Below are positions 50,753 to 64,000 of a DNA stretch of 64,000 nt, piece by piece (within the stretch, counting starts at the first letter, position 1; each line of letters begins with the position of its first letter). Made by a program: the position numbers and the translations under genes. Source of the stretch: Vicugna vicugna. Lineage: Eukaryota. The stretch lies in contig MU058384.1 of assembly GCA_013265495.1 (NCBI GenBank), positions 2,044 through 66,043 of the forward strand. Direction: 5' to 3'. The notes beneath the pieces were generated by a model, which saw nothing but the letters and a program-made list of their open reading frames with translations, did no database searches and was not told where the DNA came from.

Positions 50753-51514
50753 ACGTTGGTGTCGTTGAACTTCTGGTAGGTTATTTACAAATGATATGCC
50801 CGTGAAGGGGAGAACTGGAGAGAAAATCATTTCTTTCATTTTTCCTCAAAATCAAGGAAAAGAGATATTATACCTCCTTCCACCCACAGACTGTATAATA
50901 GTTATATTGACCAACCAATAGAAGTATATGTAATACTATGGCAGTAGTAGATGTTATTATTATATAGCATTATTAAATATTACACGTATTTCTCCTGAAG
51001 GATCTTAAGAATGGAAATGTTTACTATATGCACACGTACCACCTGTTTATTAGTTTCCCAAACTGCTGGTCACAGAGAAGTGAACTATTCACCACGTACA
51101 TGATGTGAAAGAAAGTAGGAGAAGATTCTACAGCCCAGTTCACTAGCTATAAATATGTTGGGTCATCTCACTACACATATGCTCTTGGGCAAGATGATCA
51201 AATAAGAAGTGGTTCAACTAAGACAGATGCCAAAAACACAGTAACAGTAACAGAAGTAAATGATGAAACTATCCCAAATTTGGGATTTCTTTTTGTTTTA
51301 ATAAGGGAGTATGTTTCTATCATTGAAGATACAAATTTAGTATGTAAACATATCTTGTGTTTCTCTGTAGCTCTTATATAAGTTACCAATTATAATGATT
51401 GTTTTTCCTTTCCAACATTTAAGAGTCTTGTTATTTTATCTTGTTTTACTGTATTGGGAAGTACTTACAAAACAACATAAAACTTTAGTAGTAATGACAA
51501 ACAAAGAGAAACAC

Positions 51515-52571
51515 AGAATGGGAAAAGGTATTTTCAAAAAAAGGACTATTATCCAAAATATACAAAGAACTCTGAAAACTCAATAATATGAAAATGAACA
51601 GCTGGATTAAAAAAATGGGCAAAAGACCTTAACTAAAGATGATATATTGATGGCAAATGGGCATAGGAAAAGATGTCACACATCATACATCATCAGGAAA
51701 ATGCAAATTAAAATAATACTGAGACACTATTACGTATCTGTTAGAATAGCCAAAGTCTAGAACACTGAAAATGCCACATGCTGGTGAGGATGTGGAGCAA
51801 CAGGAACTCTGCATTGTTAGCAGGAATGAAAAGTGGTACAGACACTTTCAAAGACAGTTGGGAATTTCTTATAAAAGTAAACATTCTCTTACCATCCTAT
51901 CCAACAATCACACTCCTTCGTTTTTACCTAAAGGAGTTGAAAAGTTATGTCAACACCATAACCAGCACCCAGAGATTTATAGAAACTTATTCATGATTGA
52001 CAAAGTATGAAAGTAACCAAGATGTCCATTAGAAGGTGAATACCTAAACTGTGATGTATGCAGATAATGGAATATTATTCGGTGCTAAAATAGAAATGAG
52101 ATATCAAGCCACGAGAAGATATGGAATAACCTTAAATGTGTATTACTAAATGAAAGAAACCAAACTGAAAAGGCTACATACTGTGTAATTCTAATCATAT
52201 GACATTCTGGAAAAGACAAAACTATGGAGACAGTAAAAAGTTGGCAAGAGGGGTGAATAAGTGGAGCACAGAGGATTTTTAGAGCCATGAAACTATTCTC
52301 TATGATACTATAATGATTTGTACATGGCCTTGGACATTTGTCCAAAGACATGGAATGTGCCTAAAGTGAACCCTAATTTAAACAATTGGCTTTGGGTTAT
52401 TATGATGTATCATTATATTCATTTATCAATTGTAACAAATGTACCACTGTGGTAGGAGATGTTGATGTGGGGTGAAGCTATGCATTTGTGAGGACAGGGA
52501 GTATATGGGAAAGTATCTGTACCTTCTACTCAATTTTGCTGTGAATCTAAAACTGCTCTAAAAAAAAAAAG
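51515..52571 (+). mobile_element. L1MC1-like 3' end with poly-A
   Basis: gtggagcacagaggatttttag...caattttgctgtgaatctaaaactgctctaaaaaaaaaaaa. Confidence 0.85.
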
Positions 52572-53129
52572 AGCTATTTAGAAAATACAATTTTATTACT
52601 GATGGAAAATGATACTTATTTTTTTCTCAATTCGATTTGGAATACATTTGTGACAGACTGTTTATGATGTTTGTTTTTCATTTCTAGTAGACAGTTAAGG
52701 ACTTTCCCAAAGCGTTGGTCATTATTTTTATTGCTTTTTCAGGCCATAAAATTTTGAAGATGCTCAGAAAGAAGGGAAGTTTTGTTTGTTCTCTGATTTG
52801 GCATTTGTACATTTTTTTGCACTCAGAATTTCTAACAGAAGCAGCATTCACTTAATATTGAATATTACTAAAATCTTTATTTTTGAAATTTTACTAAGGA
52901 ACATGCAGTGATATCTCACACAGAATTTTGTTATTCCAATGAATACTTTAAAAAGAAGATACAATTGCAAACTATTTTGTGGCAACATCAAAATTAACGA
53001 GATTTTGTAGTCACAAACCCAAACATCTGTTTTATCTGTGAATCTGTTTCTGTTTTGTTACAGTTGTTGGTTACTTAATTTTCAGGATTCCACATTTAAG
53101 TGGAAACATACAGTATTTGTCTTTCTCTG

Positions 53130-53480
53130 GGTATATCTATCCAATGGAATACTACATAGAAATGGAGAAGGATGAACTACTAGTACATACAACTATATGA
53201 ATGAGTATCACAAACATTCACAGTCGAGCATATGCTCTATTCAGATGATTTTCTGCAATGGGTGAAATCAAATCTACTGTGATAGAAGTTTGACAAGTGC
53301 TTACGTTTATCAAGGTGCATTAATGAATGAGTGGAGAAATGAGTGTGAACATTTTGCTTCTTAATGTGGGTGATTTTTTCAAGGGTATGTTCACATTGTA
53401 TAAATTCATTAAATAAAGATGCTTAAGATTTTATGTTTTTGTCTTTTTCATTCAAGGAGTTTACTTTAAAAAAGAGAAAA
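53130..53480 (+). mobile_element. L1ME-type 3' end
   Basis: caatggaatactac...gatgaactactagtacatacaac...gttcacattgtataaattcatt. Confidence 0.55.
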
Positions 53481-56400
53481 AAATTGAAACACGTAGAGTA
53501 ATTTGACACTGCAAATAATGAAGAGGAAAGCCATTTGATTAATTCATTCAATGCCAGATTTATTTTATAAATGATTTACTGATATCCATTAGTTTACCAC
53601 AATGTGTATGGTATCTCTAATTACTGTTAGTACATTTTAATAATTTTTAAAATTAAACTTTCAATGATTTGTTTGAAATAAAAAATACATTTCTATTTTC
53701 TGGCAAAAATATTGTTGCAGTCATAATTAGAAAGTCAGTAATATTTTTAAAACTTTTGGAATAACCTTACTCCTTTATGAGCTAATGCTGGAATTTGTCC
53801 TCACATCTGTGTGTTATAGAAACATTGACTCAAATATGAAATTGCATTGCTTCTCAACACCATTATCATGCCTTACTTAAAATGTGTCTCAAATTTGTAA
53901 TGTCTTTATAAAATTTTTATCTTGCAGCTAGCTTTGGAATTAATTTAGAATGATGTGCGGCCTGTGCAGAGCAATTTTGACATTCAGATAGATCATGTCT
54001 CTGCTCAGAGGAACTTCTAAGTTGTAGACATAAAATTGTGTGTGTTTTAGTACCATGGAAAGTTTTATTTTATGAAACTTTATAAGAAATTATAACTCAA
54101 CAAGTTGTAGTAGAAAAGTTTGGGAAATGATATAAATATATTAGTTAAATTTTCTTTGAGAAGAAACAGTTACACTTTTACCTTTTTCAACATAAAGTAG
54201 CCTGCTTCATCACTAATATTTATCTGTTTAGCAAATAAAAATATAAAAATAGCAAACAATATATTTAAAACATAAATTCTCTGAAAGAAGAAAACATTAC
54301 CCTAAACTTATTCAAAATGTGGGAGGGATAAAAGAAAGAATTAATGTATAGATGTCACTATATCTAGATAAAGAGTAATGTCGAGTTAAATTGAAATATA
54401 GAATTCCATTTTGACAATGTACTGCTTATTAATTAAAAAGATTAATTTCTAACATTTATTAATTTTATTGAAACTATGTTGTGTTAGTATAAAGCTTTTT
54501 CAACAAATCTAGATTTTTTTTTTTTTTGTCTCTAAAAAGACAAAAGAGGCTTTGGTAGATGCTGTTTTTGGTAATGTGATCATCCTCATCCCCCTGCTTG
54601 ACCATATTCATTTCCTGATGTAGTTCCCTCCTACACTTATTTTGAATTTATCCAACTGAACATTAATAGGCACGATGCAAACAGCCGCTTGGTAAGCATA
54701 CACACATTGGAACATGTTTTGAAAGACACTTGTGGCCCAGACACATACATCTTATGTAAAGAAACAAGAGAGTTACATGAAGATATTAAGAGAGAGAGAG
54801 AGAGAGATGATTGGTTCTCCAACCACAGCACATGAGGAGGAGAGAGAGAAGGGGGAGGAGGGAAGGAGGAGGAAGGAGTAGGGTTGAGAGGGGGAGAGTA
54901 CAGTCTTTGAGCTCAAAGGGTCTTCTTTTGGTCAAGAACCATTTCTTTTGGTTCCTTCTTTGTCACCAACACATAGTATAGTCTCTGTATGGATGAATTA
55001 TTAAATAAATTAAACACATCCCCAGGAGAAAATATTTTGTAATTGGATTTTTCTGTTACATTCATAAGGAAATAAAGAATGAGATAGAATTACCTTATCC
55101 CTGTTTATTTAGAATAAAGAAATAGAAAGCTTTGACTTCACACCCTAGAGCTTGTGAGGGCTCCAGAAGTGTTCTCAATTTCTAGAATACTTACCCCTGG
55201 CAATTTGACTCTAGTGAGGACCAAGAATAGGAAAGTCTGGTTTATGAAGACTAGACAGCTGGAATAACAACCAGGAATTTTGCCAGTTTCATTGTTCAAC
55301 AGCAAGCTAAACTTACCAGAAGCTGGAAAAAATAGCTGAGTCATGAGTGAGCATGCTATTTTTGAAGGTTTCAAAGGTATTTTGAACTAACAAGAGTGAA
55401 GAGTAGTATCCATGGAATCCAGTAGGGTTATGACAAGTGTAGACCCAAGAGTATAAGACAAGAAAAACAGCAATAATGAAGTAAATGAGCACACGGCTGG
55501 AGTGGAGATATTTGCACTCTGGCCTCCTGTGTGTTCTGTGTCATCTTAGATCAGTGACTTCATGTCCATGTCTACACTTTACCAGGCAAATATGAGAGCA
55601 GAAAGAAACCGAGGCTTGACACAGGGCCCCAACATGCACAGAGGCAAAGGAGCTACAGTAAGAAGCTGCAGGGCTTGGTGACGACCCTGCTGTCTCATTC
55701 AAGCTCACGGCAGCCTTAGGCAACAGAGTGGAGACTGGCCTTCTGTCCTACAGGGAGGAGGAATGATGGTTGTCGAGGCTGGGGCACCTAGGCTTGTGGT
55801 ATCAGGAGTTAGACACCGTCCTCGCCATGCAGGGCTTCATTCAATTACACCCCTTGACCTGTGCTGGTAGGAAAATGTCTACGTCTGTTTCTAAGAGTAA
55901 GTGACCCTGAATGACTCACTACTACATCTGGGGTGAAGGGTCTTGGTACATAAAGCCTGTTATGTCATTTCTCCGTCTCTCTGTTCTGTATATATTTCAG
56001 AGGCACTGGTGAAAGGGTACAAGTGAATTAGGGAAATTCCTCAGAATCTCAGTTATCCAAAAATGAAAGGAGCAGTAAGGGTTTGTGAATTTTGAGAATG
56101 AGTGTTTTGAAGCAAAAATAGATAATTATGGCAGATAAAGACAAGGAAGGTGGAATATTGCTACTCTGTCCTTAGTTTTTCCTTGATGCTTCCTGGAAAG
56201 ATCATTCCTACAATCACCATGATGTGATTTTCACATTGACGGAGGGTGTTTTAAAAAATATTAATATGATCAAAAAAGGAAATTTGGGCTAATTACAAAA
56301 TAATTTATTTCCACATGGAGCTAATTTTGAATTGGAGCTTGAGCCATAAAACATTTTTTTTTGTCTAACCCTACTTTTAATTTCTTCTCATTAGCATCTA

Positions 56401-57487
56401 ATTTCTAATTTTCTGTGTTTCCTTTCTGGACTTGAAGTTTATTTTTCTTTAAGTTTCAATGTTCTTATCTATCTCCAAATTATTTCAAGCGGTTTGTTCA
56501 GAATCAGGTAAGGACAGTGAAGATATGTTTTCCCATTGAGTGATACAGGATGTAAAGGGAAGGGAATAATATAGCAGGATGTACTATGATTATCACTTTA
56601 GATTATGTTATTAAGCATATTCATTTATGTGGCTTTTTTTAATGTGGGATAGAAGGTGATATCTCTCCTTTAGCAGAGAGTAGTTTTCTCTTGGTGTGAG
56701 CAAGAGCCACTGGGATATCAGAAAAACACCCAAAAGTTTTGCTTTTCATTTGTGTTTTAGCCCATAGAAGCTGAAGCTTTTGACTGTCCTCACCATTCTC
56801 TCTACCCACCCCGCTGCCCCGACTCTGGTTGTGCTTAATTTCCAGGACAAACTTTTCACTTTATGTAAAAAAGTGCTTTATCTGTATAATTTCTTTTACA
56901 TATTTTAGTTTAACTTTGAAAACATCCAATTCTGTTTAGGGGATACCATTTTCATTTCAGATTAATCTCACCTATAAGTTGAATAACATGATCTGACTTC
57001 TCTAAACTCCTCTACTACCTGATAGTAACTTACTCTTTTTACCAGGTTCCCTGAAAAATCTCATGAAATTGAATCAATATGTAAACATATAACGGAGTTG
57101 TTGCAAACCAGAGACCTAAATTCAGGCCAGCAGATGAGCTTTGTTTGGTCAGGAGAGGGCGATTATCTTGAAGATCATTTACAAATGTTTTGGGTGAACA
57201 GACACAGTGTGACTGACCACGGGCTTCACCATTTCCTATGATTTCACATCGAATCCGCTTCACACTGTTTTACCTGTCTGGTCCCTATAAGAATTCAGTT
57301 TTACACTTTATTTACAGTAGCAGATGTCTCCTCTGATTCATTAGGAAGAGCAAGCCCTGGAAGCAGATCAAACTCTGTCCAATACCTGAACTGCCCTTTA
57401 TTAATGGAGTGACACTCAAAATGGATTATATTCCAGGAGTTCATTGCTTCATCTACAAAGTGGGAATAAGACCAACAGCACTCATGG

Positions 57488-57930
57488 AGACTCTCCAGTA
57501 AAATCTCTGTGATGACAGAAGCGTTCTGTGCCTGCTCTCTTTATTATGGCAGCCACTCACCACATATGGCTATTGGGCACTTGAAATACGGCTAGTGTGT
57601 CTGAGAAGCTGAATTTTCATTTTATTTTAATTGGCATAAGTCTTTAAAATTTTTTTTTATTGAAGTATAGTTGGTTTACAATGTTGTGTTCATTTCTGGT
57701 ATACAGCAGAGTGATTCAGTTATTTTATATATATATATATTCCTTTTCAGATTCTTTTTCATTATAGGTTATTACAAGGCATTGAATATAGTTCCCTGTG
57801 CTATATAGCAGGACCTTGCCCTTGCTGTTTATCTATTTTATGTATAGTAGTTAATATTCATTAGCAATAGTTGATAACTTTTAAAAATTGTGATAGACCC
57901 ATAGTCTAGTATTTTTATTAGTGGATATCA
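57488..57930 (+). mobile_element. hAT-Charlie MITE MER3, interrupted by an L1 tail
   Basis: ggcagccactcaccacatatggctattgggcacttgaaatacggctagtgtgtctgagaagctgaatttt. A decayed right end resumes after 57890. Confidence 0.65.
57651..57873 (-). mobile_element. Short cetartiodactyl L1 3' tail
   Basis: Poly-T followed by attgaagtatagttggtttacaatgttgtg. Flanks ataagtctttaaaat / ataacttttaaaaat match at 12/15, a decayed TSD. Confidence 0.85.
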
Positions 57931-58394
57931 CCCATGGATGTGTTGGAGAAGTAAAATGAACTTTTGGAGAAGCAAAAACACAATAGTTCTACCTGTATTC
58001 TTCACCTATATCTCTATCAGTCTATCTATCTATCCATCCATCCATCCATCTATCCATTGATCCTTCTCTGTCTTAAGGTTAAATTTTCTACTGAACCTTA
58101 GAAATTTAAAATGCTGAAACTGTTTAACACCTTTCCTTTATTTTAATGGGTAAGTATGGAGTTTGCATGCTGACAGGGACTAACAAATGTTTAATCTGTG
58201 AATCATTTCTCCCCCGACGCAGCTAGGAAACAGAAAAATTACTCTCTCTCTCTTTTTTTATTCCACTCACACATAATTCCTTGAGCATTGAAAACTTGGA
58301 TTTTTTTTTTCTCTCTCTCTCTCTCAATTCTCTTTATCCCTTCACTCCTCCCCATCTACCTATTTGTGTTTCTTTACCAACAGCAGCATGAAAA

Positions 58395-58945
58395 GTAAAC
58401 AAAATCACTAGCTCAAAGATCCTGTTTGTAAACTTCCGGTCTCAAGAGGGTGACGTATTCATTCTTTGATCCATTTCCTCTGTTTCAAATATGAGAGCTG
58501 AGCTGCCATAAAGGAAGAGAAATGCAAAATCTTGAGAGATCTGTATCCTCAGGCCAGCGGACTGTTGGTCTGGAAGCAGTCAGAAGCAGTTTGAAGATTT
58601 CTTCCCGTGACTCAAAAGGATGAAAATTTGCTCCCACTGGAGGTAAAAGACCAGAGCTAATCCCACTGCTGCAAATCAAATCATATTTTGGGATAGAGTT
58701 AAACACTGCCTGGGGACTCAAACATGTTTAAAATCGCAGATTTAGGGAGGGAGGTGTACGTGGAACAGAGGCAGGACGCGAGATCAGTCTCTGTGCTGTC
58801 TCAGGGTGGCTCAGGGTTTGACCTGGCAAAGCGCCCTTTCGGTTGTCGCTGGTGCGGGAGCTTGTGAATGCCAATGAAAGCCCAGAATCTGATCCGAGGT
58901 GTGACAGCTGGCTGAGGAAAAGAACAAAACAGCTCACTGGTTTCG
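58395..58945. promoter_or_regulatory. Candidate enhancer/promoter (motif cluster with local CpG retention)
   Basis: FOX GTAAACA (58395), ETS ACTTCCGGT (58432), CRE-like TGACGT (58451), TCF/LEF CTTTGAT (58464), AP-1 TGACTCA (58608). 14 CpGs counted in 58437-58945. Confidence 0.4.
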
Positions 58946-58957
58946 GGGTTGAGGTGG

Positions 58958-59030
58958 GAGAGAGAGAGAGACAGACAGACAGACAGAGACAGAGACAGAG
59001 GCAGAGGTAGAGACAGAGAGAGAGAGAGAG
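58958..59030 (+). repeat. Compound GA/GACA/GAGACA microsatellite
   Basis: Read directly from the sequence. Confidence 0.9.
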
Positions 59031-59101
59031 TGAGAAATGAGTCAAAAAGAAATCTCAGAATCCCCAGGGGGATCAGATAAATCCTGTCTAGGATTGCGGC
59101 T

Positions 59102-59561
59102 TGTATTAGCTTCCTGGGGCTGCCGATACAAAGTGCCACACATAATGTGGCTCAGAACAGCAGGCATTTTTTATCTCATAGTTCTCTGGAGGATCCAAGT
59201 CCAGAATCAAGGTGTCAGCAGAGCCATACTCCCTTTGAATCCTTTCTTGTCTCTTAATAGCTTCTTGTCTCTTAATAGACAGCTTTTGGCAGCCCTTGGC
59301 TTGCAGATGTAATGCCCCAGTAACATGGCCACCTTTTCCCTTGTGTGTCACATCTTCTTCCCTTTGTGCCCTCTGTCTCTGTGTGCAAATTTCCCTTTTT
59401 ATAAGGACGCCAATCATACAGAATTAGTATGACTACCTTAATGACCTCATTTTAACTTGGTTACCCTGTAAAGACCTTATTTTAAAATAAGATCACATCT
59501 GAATCTTTGGGGGTTTAGACTTCAACATATCTTTTATGGGGAAATAATTGAACCTATAATA
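59102..59561 (-). mobile_element. MaLR solo LTR, MLT1C-like
   Basis: tgtattagcttcctggggctgcc...ccttaatgacctcattttaactt...cttcaacatatctttt. Internal 17-bp tandem duplication ttcttgtctcttaatag. Confidence 0.85.
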
Positions 59562-59679
59562 TGGGCATCTTTAGGTAGTGCAGACATAACAGTAAGTTTA
59601 CATGTTCTGTCCCTTTCCCCTTTTCTAGCATGGTCTCCCATTCCTAGGGTGGGACATGACCTTGTCATAGCAGTTCTGT

Positions 59680-60460
59680 GCTTTAATATTTCTCAATTCT
59701 AAATCCTCCTTTATTCGTACTACCATGGCTTTAGGCCAACAATCTAGCATCTCTTATTTGCACCACTAACTTGCCTACCAGTTGGTCTTGTATCTGCCTT
59801 TTCCCCCACAGAATCTCTCTCTTCACTGCAGTTAGGGACATCTTTCAAATTAAAGTTTCAGTAAGCTATTCATGTGTTTAAAGTTCTTCTAAGGCTCCCA
59901 TTGTTCTAAGAATAGAGAATAAAGACCAAAAAAAAAAAAATAAGACTAGTAAGATCAAGTACTCTGGCCCCTGCCTACCACTTCAGCCTCTACTGAATCC
60001 AGTCATATTCCTCTACCCTCCAGCTACTGAGGCCGTCTCATGGTATGTTGGGTGTACTATTATGTTTTCTACCACAGGGCTGTTGTGCATTTTTTTTTCT
60101 TTTTCAGGAACGCTGTTCTCACCTTCTCCTTCTTCCTTAACTTGATGAGCTCCTGAACATGATTCTAATCACATTTCTAACTACACTTCCTCAGAAAAGC
60201 TCCCCTGACCTTCCAATCTAGATGAATTTTCTTTTCCATACACTTTCACAGAAATGCAGGTTTTCCTGCATTTCCCATAGGAAAACTCTGTTCCTTCTGA
60301 GTTTTTCTCAGATAATCATACTTCAGTGTGTTTATTTTTAATAAAAGTCTCTGTTCCACTAAATTGTGTAGTTCATGGGATCCAAGGTTGCCTTTTTATC
60401 TTCATCAGGTACAGTGTTCATCAACTGGTAGATACAAATATTTCCTGGATGAATCAGTGA
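59680..60460 (+). mobile_element. L2 3' portion
   Basis: Pyrimidine-rich L2 body (ctggcccctgcctacc, cttcctcagaaaagctcccctgacc) ending caaatatttcctggatgaatcagtga. Confidence 0.6.
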
Positions 60461-63400
60461 TTTTGCTTTGTGACACTGAGTATTTGTGGTCACATCAGTT
60501 AAATGGGTCAGGTTTAGGGACACAAATCTGAAGAAGACAAAGAGCTAGGTTAGTGATCTAGGTTAATGTTTTCCATCCTAGGCAGTCAGAATCTGTGGTA
60601 TACCAGAACTGGGCAGCTGGACAGTTAGCACTAAGCTGAACTTATAAAAGAATGTCGGTTACATGCCTGAATGGCTGAAGTCTATAATGTTCAGACAGAG
60701 GACACTAATCTGTAGAGAAAAAAGAAAGAAAGAAAAATACAACAGGCCTGCCAAGAGAAGCAGAAATGCAGATCATGTGGTTCTTGAGAAAGAGAGAAGC
60801 TTGTTTCTGGTGTTCCTACACCCAGCTCTAGTCCCCTTCACTGTGTTTGTTGCCTTTAACATTTTTTGAAATTTCCCTGTTTGTGCATGTCATAAAATCC
60901 CAGCTGAGAATAATTCTGTCTGAGTAACCAAACATGCTTTGACTCTACCAGTTCATATGCCAGTTTTCAAATATAAAAATGATCATCTAAAAAGAAACCA
61001 AAGAAATAAATGTAAGCAAATGATTTCTAGACCAGGTGAATAAATATGTCTAGGGTAATATTTTTCTAACACAGGACAGAGCTCATTTGAGAATGATTCA
61101 CAGAGGAATAGATTTTTTTTTAACTTCAAGTTTGTAGAAGGAAAATCATGCTTTTCAATAAGTTCTTCATTTCAGAATGGTTTACAACTATCCCATAGAT
61201 TTATTTAAAATTCTCTGAGATGCAGATGAAATTTCTTTAAAACTCTATATTTTCAGTGAAATATTATTTTGATTTCGGAGCTAATGATATTCAACTGTTT
61301 ATCACTCTCCAAATGCACCCAAAGATCCCTTCCATAGTGTCTCCTACTGAGCACAAAATATGCTAACACAGTCATTAGTGTTTCCAATTTAAATCCATTA
61401 AGAAAGGGAAGATAATATTGAAGATGCTACCAATTTGCAAAATCACCTAATTTATATGCATTTTCTACTCTATTTCTCAACCATAGCTATGTTTAGTGCA
61501 CAGCACTAAAATCAATTTAAATTGTTTCCTCAGAATATCCTGAGACCATTCAAAGTAGAAAGAAATTTGTGATTCAACTATCCTGTAGAGCTAAAAGAGG
61601 AAATATTAGCAGTTTCCTACATAATTAATACATAAAAGATGCATAATATAAACATAAAATGCTCTCTTCCTGTGCTCTCTTAAATCACCATTCAGAATTA
61701 TTTGGCTCATAAAGCCTTCCATTTGTACCATATTTATTTGTTTTATGTTCACTCCAGACATATTGTTATTTGGGTTATACATTTTTCTTTGTCAAAAATA
61801 TTTTTGAAAATATTTAAAGTTGTCAGGTATTAACAAGATTTTAAAGATTTTTCAATTTTTCACTCACATGGATAATGGATGATGAAAACTGTACAGAAGG
61901 AAAAAGTAATATGCTCTAGGACTGTGGACTTTTGAAAGCGAGAATTCCAAAAAATAAAGTGTAGCCTGTGACAGGCGATGATTTATCTGTGTTATCACCT
62001 TACACCAGGGGCTATGGTCTCCGTCCCTGAAAGCAATCCATAAGATTTATAGAATCAACAAGTTTGAAAATCTTGTTGCAAATTAAGGTTGCCTTTCTGA
62101 TTCTACCCTTAAAAATATTGTGCTGGATGACCTTGGAAGAAATAGCTTATGCTCTCCAGTCTTATTTGTTTTTTAAGGAAGCAATATTTGTTATGGAGAC
62201 TAAATTATTTTAAAAATTGCCTGTATATATAGATGAATGCACTTGGTATTTCGGTCTGTTATTTTATCATACTGCCTCAATTCAGGATATGTGTAGAATT
62301 CTTTCTATTTTCTAGATGAAGATAGATTATGATTTTTATGTGATGTTTGAATGAGACACAGGCAGATTTATTTTGGATTTTACTTTAACTCATCATGACA
62401 TTGAGAACTATGCAGCTGTTTTGTTTGTTTATTTCTGGCATAAAAGTATGATGCGCTTGGAAAATAAAATGCCTCTTCTGCTAGCTTAATGCTTCTTTAA
62501 TTCATATGCGATATTGCATAATTGATATCTAAGCCAATATTGACAATACTTTAAAAACATCTTAACTGTTTGGTGTAATTCACCAGGGAACCTATCAGAC
62601 CAGTTTAGCTATTTTTTAATCTATTTGTTCTATTTTTTCCTAATTCATGAGAGAGATGTATTAAGCTTGTTTGTTCAATATGCCATGTTTAATCAGAAAT
62701 CTGACAATTTATGAGTTAATTGATATAAAGAAGACTCATCTTTTAGAAGGTGTACTTTTTTGCCAGTGGGAGAAGGTGGCAGGTCAACAGACATGTAATT
62801 TAGAAATAAGGTAGGAAGTTTGCCAACTGTGCAGACGACAGATCATAAAAAAATCTAGGTTAAGGAAATAATGAGGGGAAATCTCTGAAAGCCTTCGTTG
62901 CAGATTGTGTTTCCTAAGCCAAGGAAGAATAAATATTTAAGATATATCAGCTGGTCAATTACAAAAAATTCTGCAGAGAGATATTTAAATTGAAGACTAA
63001 GAACAGATGATTAGATTTGGTATTCAAGGGATCACAGATGACCTTAAAAAAAAGTGTCTCATTACTATGTCAGAAAGAGCAGCCACATTCCATAGAGTTG
63101 ACAATTTATCTGTATAAGAAGTGTAGTGATTGACTTGATAATACCTAACGCTTTGAATTTGATTCTTGAAGTATTTTGGAGACCCAGTATACCATGGCAT
63201 TCCCTGCTTACTCAACCTATAACTCACTTAATAATTTTACGTTGTATTTGTTTTAGCTGCCAATGTCCCGCGTAGGTAGAAATGACAGTATATCAGCAGA
63301 ATAATATGTTTTAAAAAATTAAACACTGAGTATGTTAAAAACTGATGAAAAGGAATAAGAATAATCTGTACATAGTCTCAGATGTAAATACTCATTCCAG

Positions 63401-64000
63401 TTCCTTGATTCTCTGTATATTCCAAATTGGATTCAATTAGACTGGCAGAATTACCAATCTTTGAGCCATGTTACAGATCCTTCTACAAGACAGCTTTCAT
63501 TGAAAACTGTAAAGTTATACATTTGAATTTACAACATTGAGTCATATAGTTGACCTTTTTTTAATTATTAAAGTCTTATTGGGTTTTTGACTCTTGTATA
63601 GAACATATGCCAAAGGTACAATGGTAAGATTTTGTTAGGTGGGTTTGAGGGCAACTGAGAGTGACATAGACTGAGGATCAGAGCAGAAATATGGAATATG
63701 ACGGGCCTTGCAGAGTAACTTTGGCTGACATTCTAGTTCTTAATTACATGTGAGCAACTGCATAGGGGCTCTCAGAAATGACAGGGAGTGACTTTGAATA
63801 TGACTAGAAGTTCTTATACAAGTAAATAAGGTTAAGGACAATTTTTTTTTTGACAAAATGATAACTACTACCATTAACCCATTTCTACCCAAAAGGCAAA
63901 GAGGACTGGGAAAAACATGAATTTTATTAGTCTTACCATATGCATACTTCCCTTCTCATAATCCATTTCAAATCCTCTTCAAAATAGTCTAAGTCTGTTA

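Noticed and set aside
1..64000. CRISPR array, operon, rRNA or mitochondrial insertion
   Set aside because: This is mammalian nuclear DNA. I saw no regularly spaced repeats, rRNA or mtDNA-like segments.

Overview
AT-rich, repeat-dense placental mammal DNA with no recognisable protein-coding exon, so it is intergenic or deep intronic. Three tRNA-Ala-derived SINEs of the vic-1 type point to a camelid (camel, alpaca or vicuna). Much of the window is transposon fossils: L2, MIR, old and lineage-specific L1 3' ends, MaLR MLT1 solo LTRs, ERV1-like and ERVL-like LTRs, and hAT MITEs. Two features stand out. The first is a full-length U6 snRNA retrocopy fused to a ~35-nt L1 3' tail, flanked by a 15-bp target-site duplication (TSD) and nested in an older L1 that itself sits in an L2 (14968-15141). 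The second is a decayed ERV-L pol fossil (RT YTDD, connection, RNase H, integrase C-terminus, dUTPase) split by an MLT1 LTR (about 8330-10517). A few unique stretches look like cis-regulatory modules, the best at 58395-58945. The supplied ORFs are chance ORFs or repeat remnants. I found no novel multi-gene system. Repeat subfamily names and most boundaries come from my recall of consensus sequences, not from a RepeatMasker run, and are approximate.
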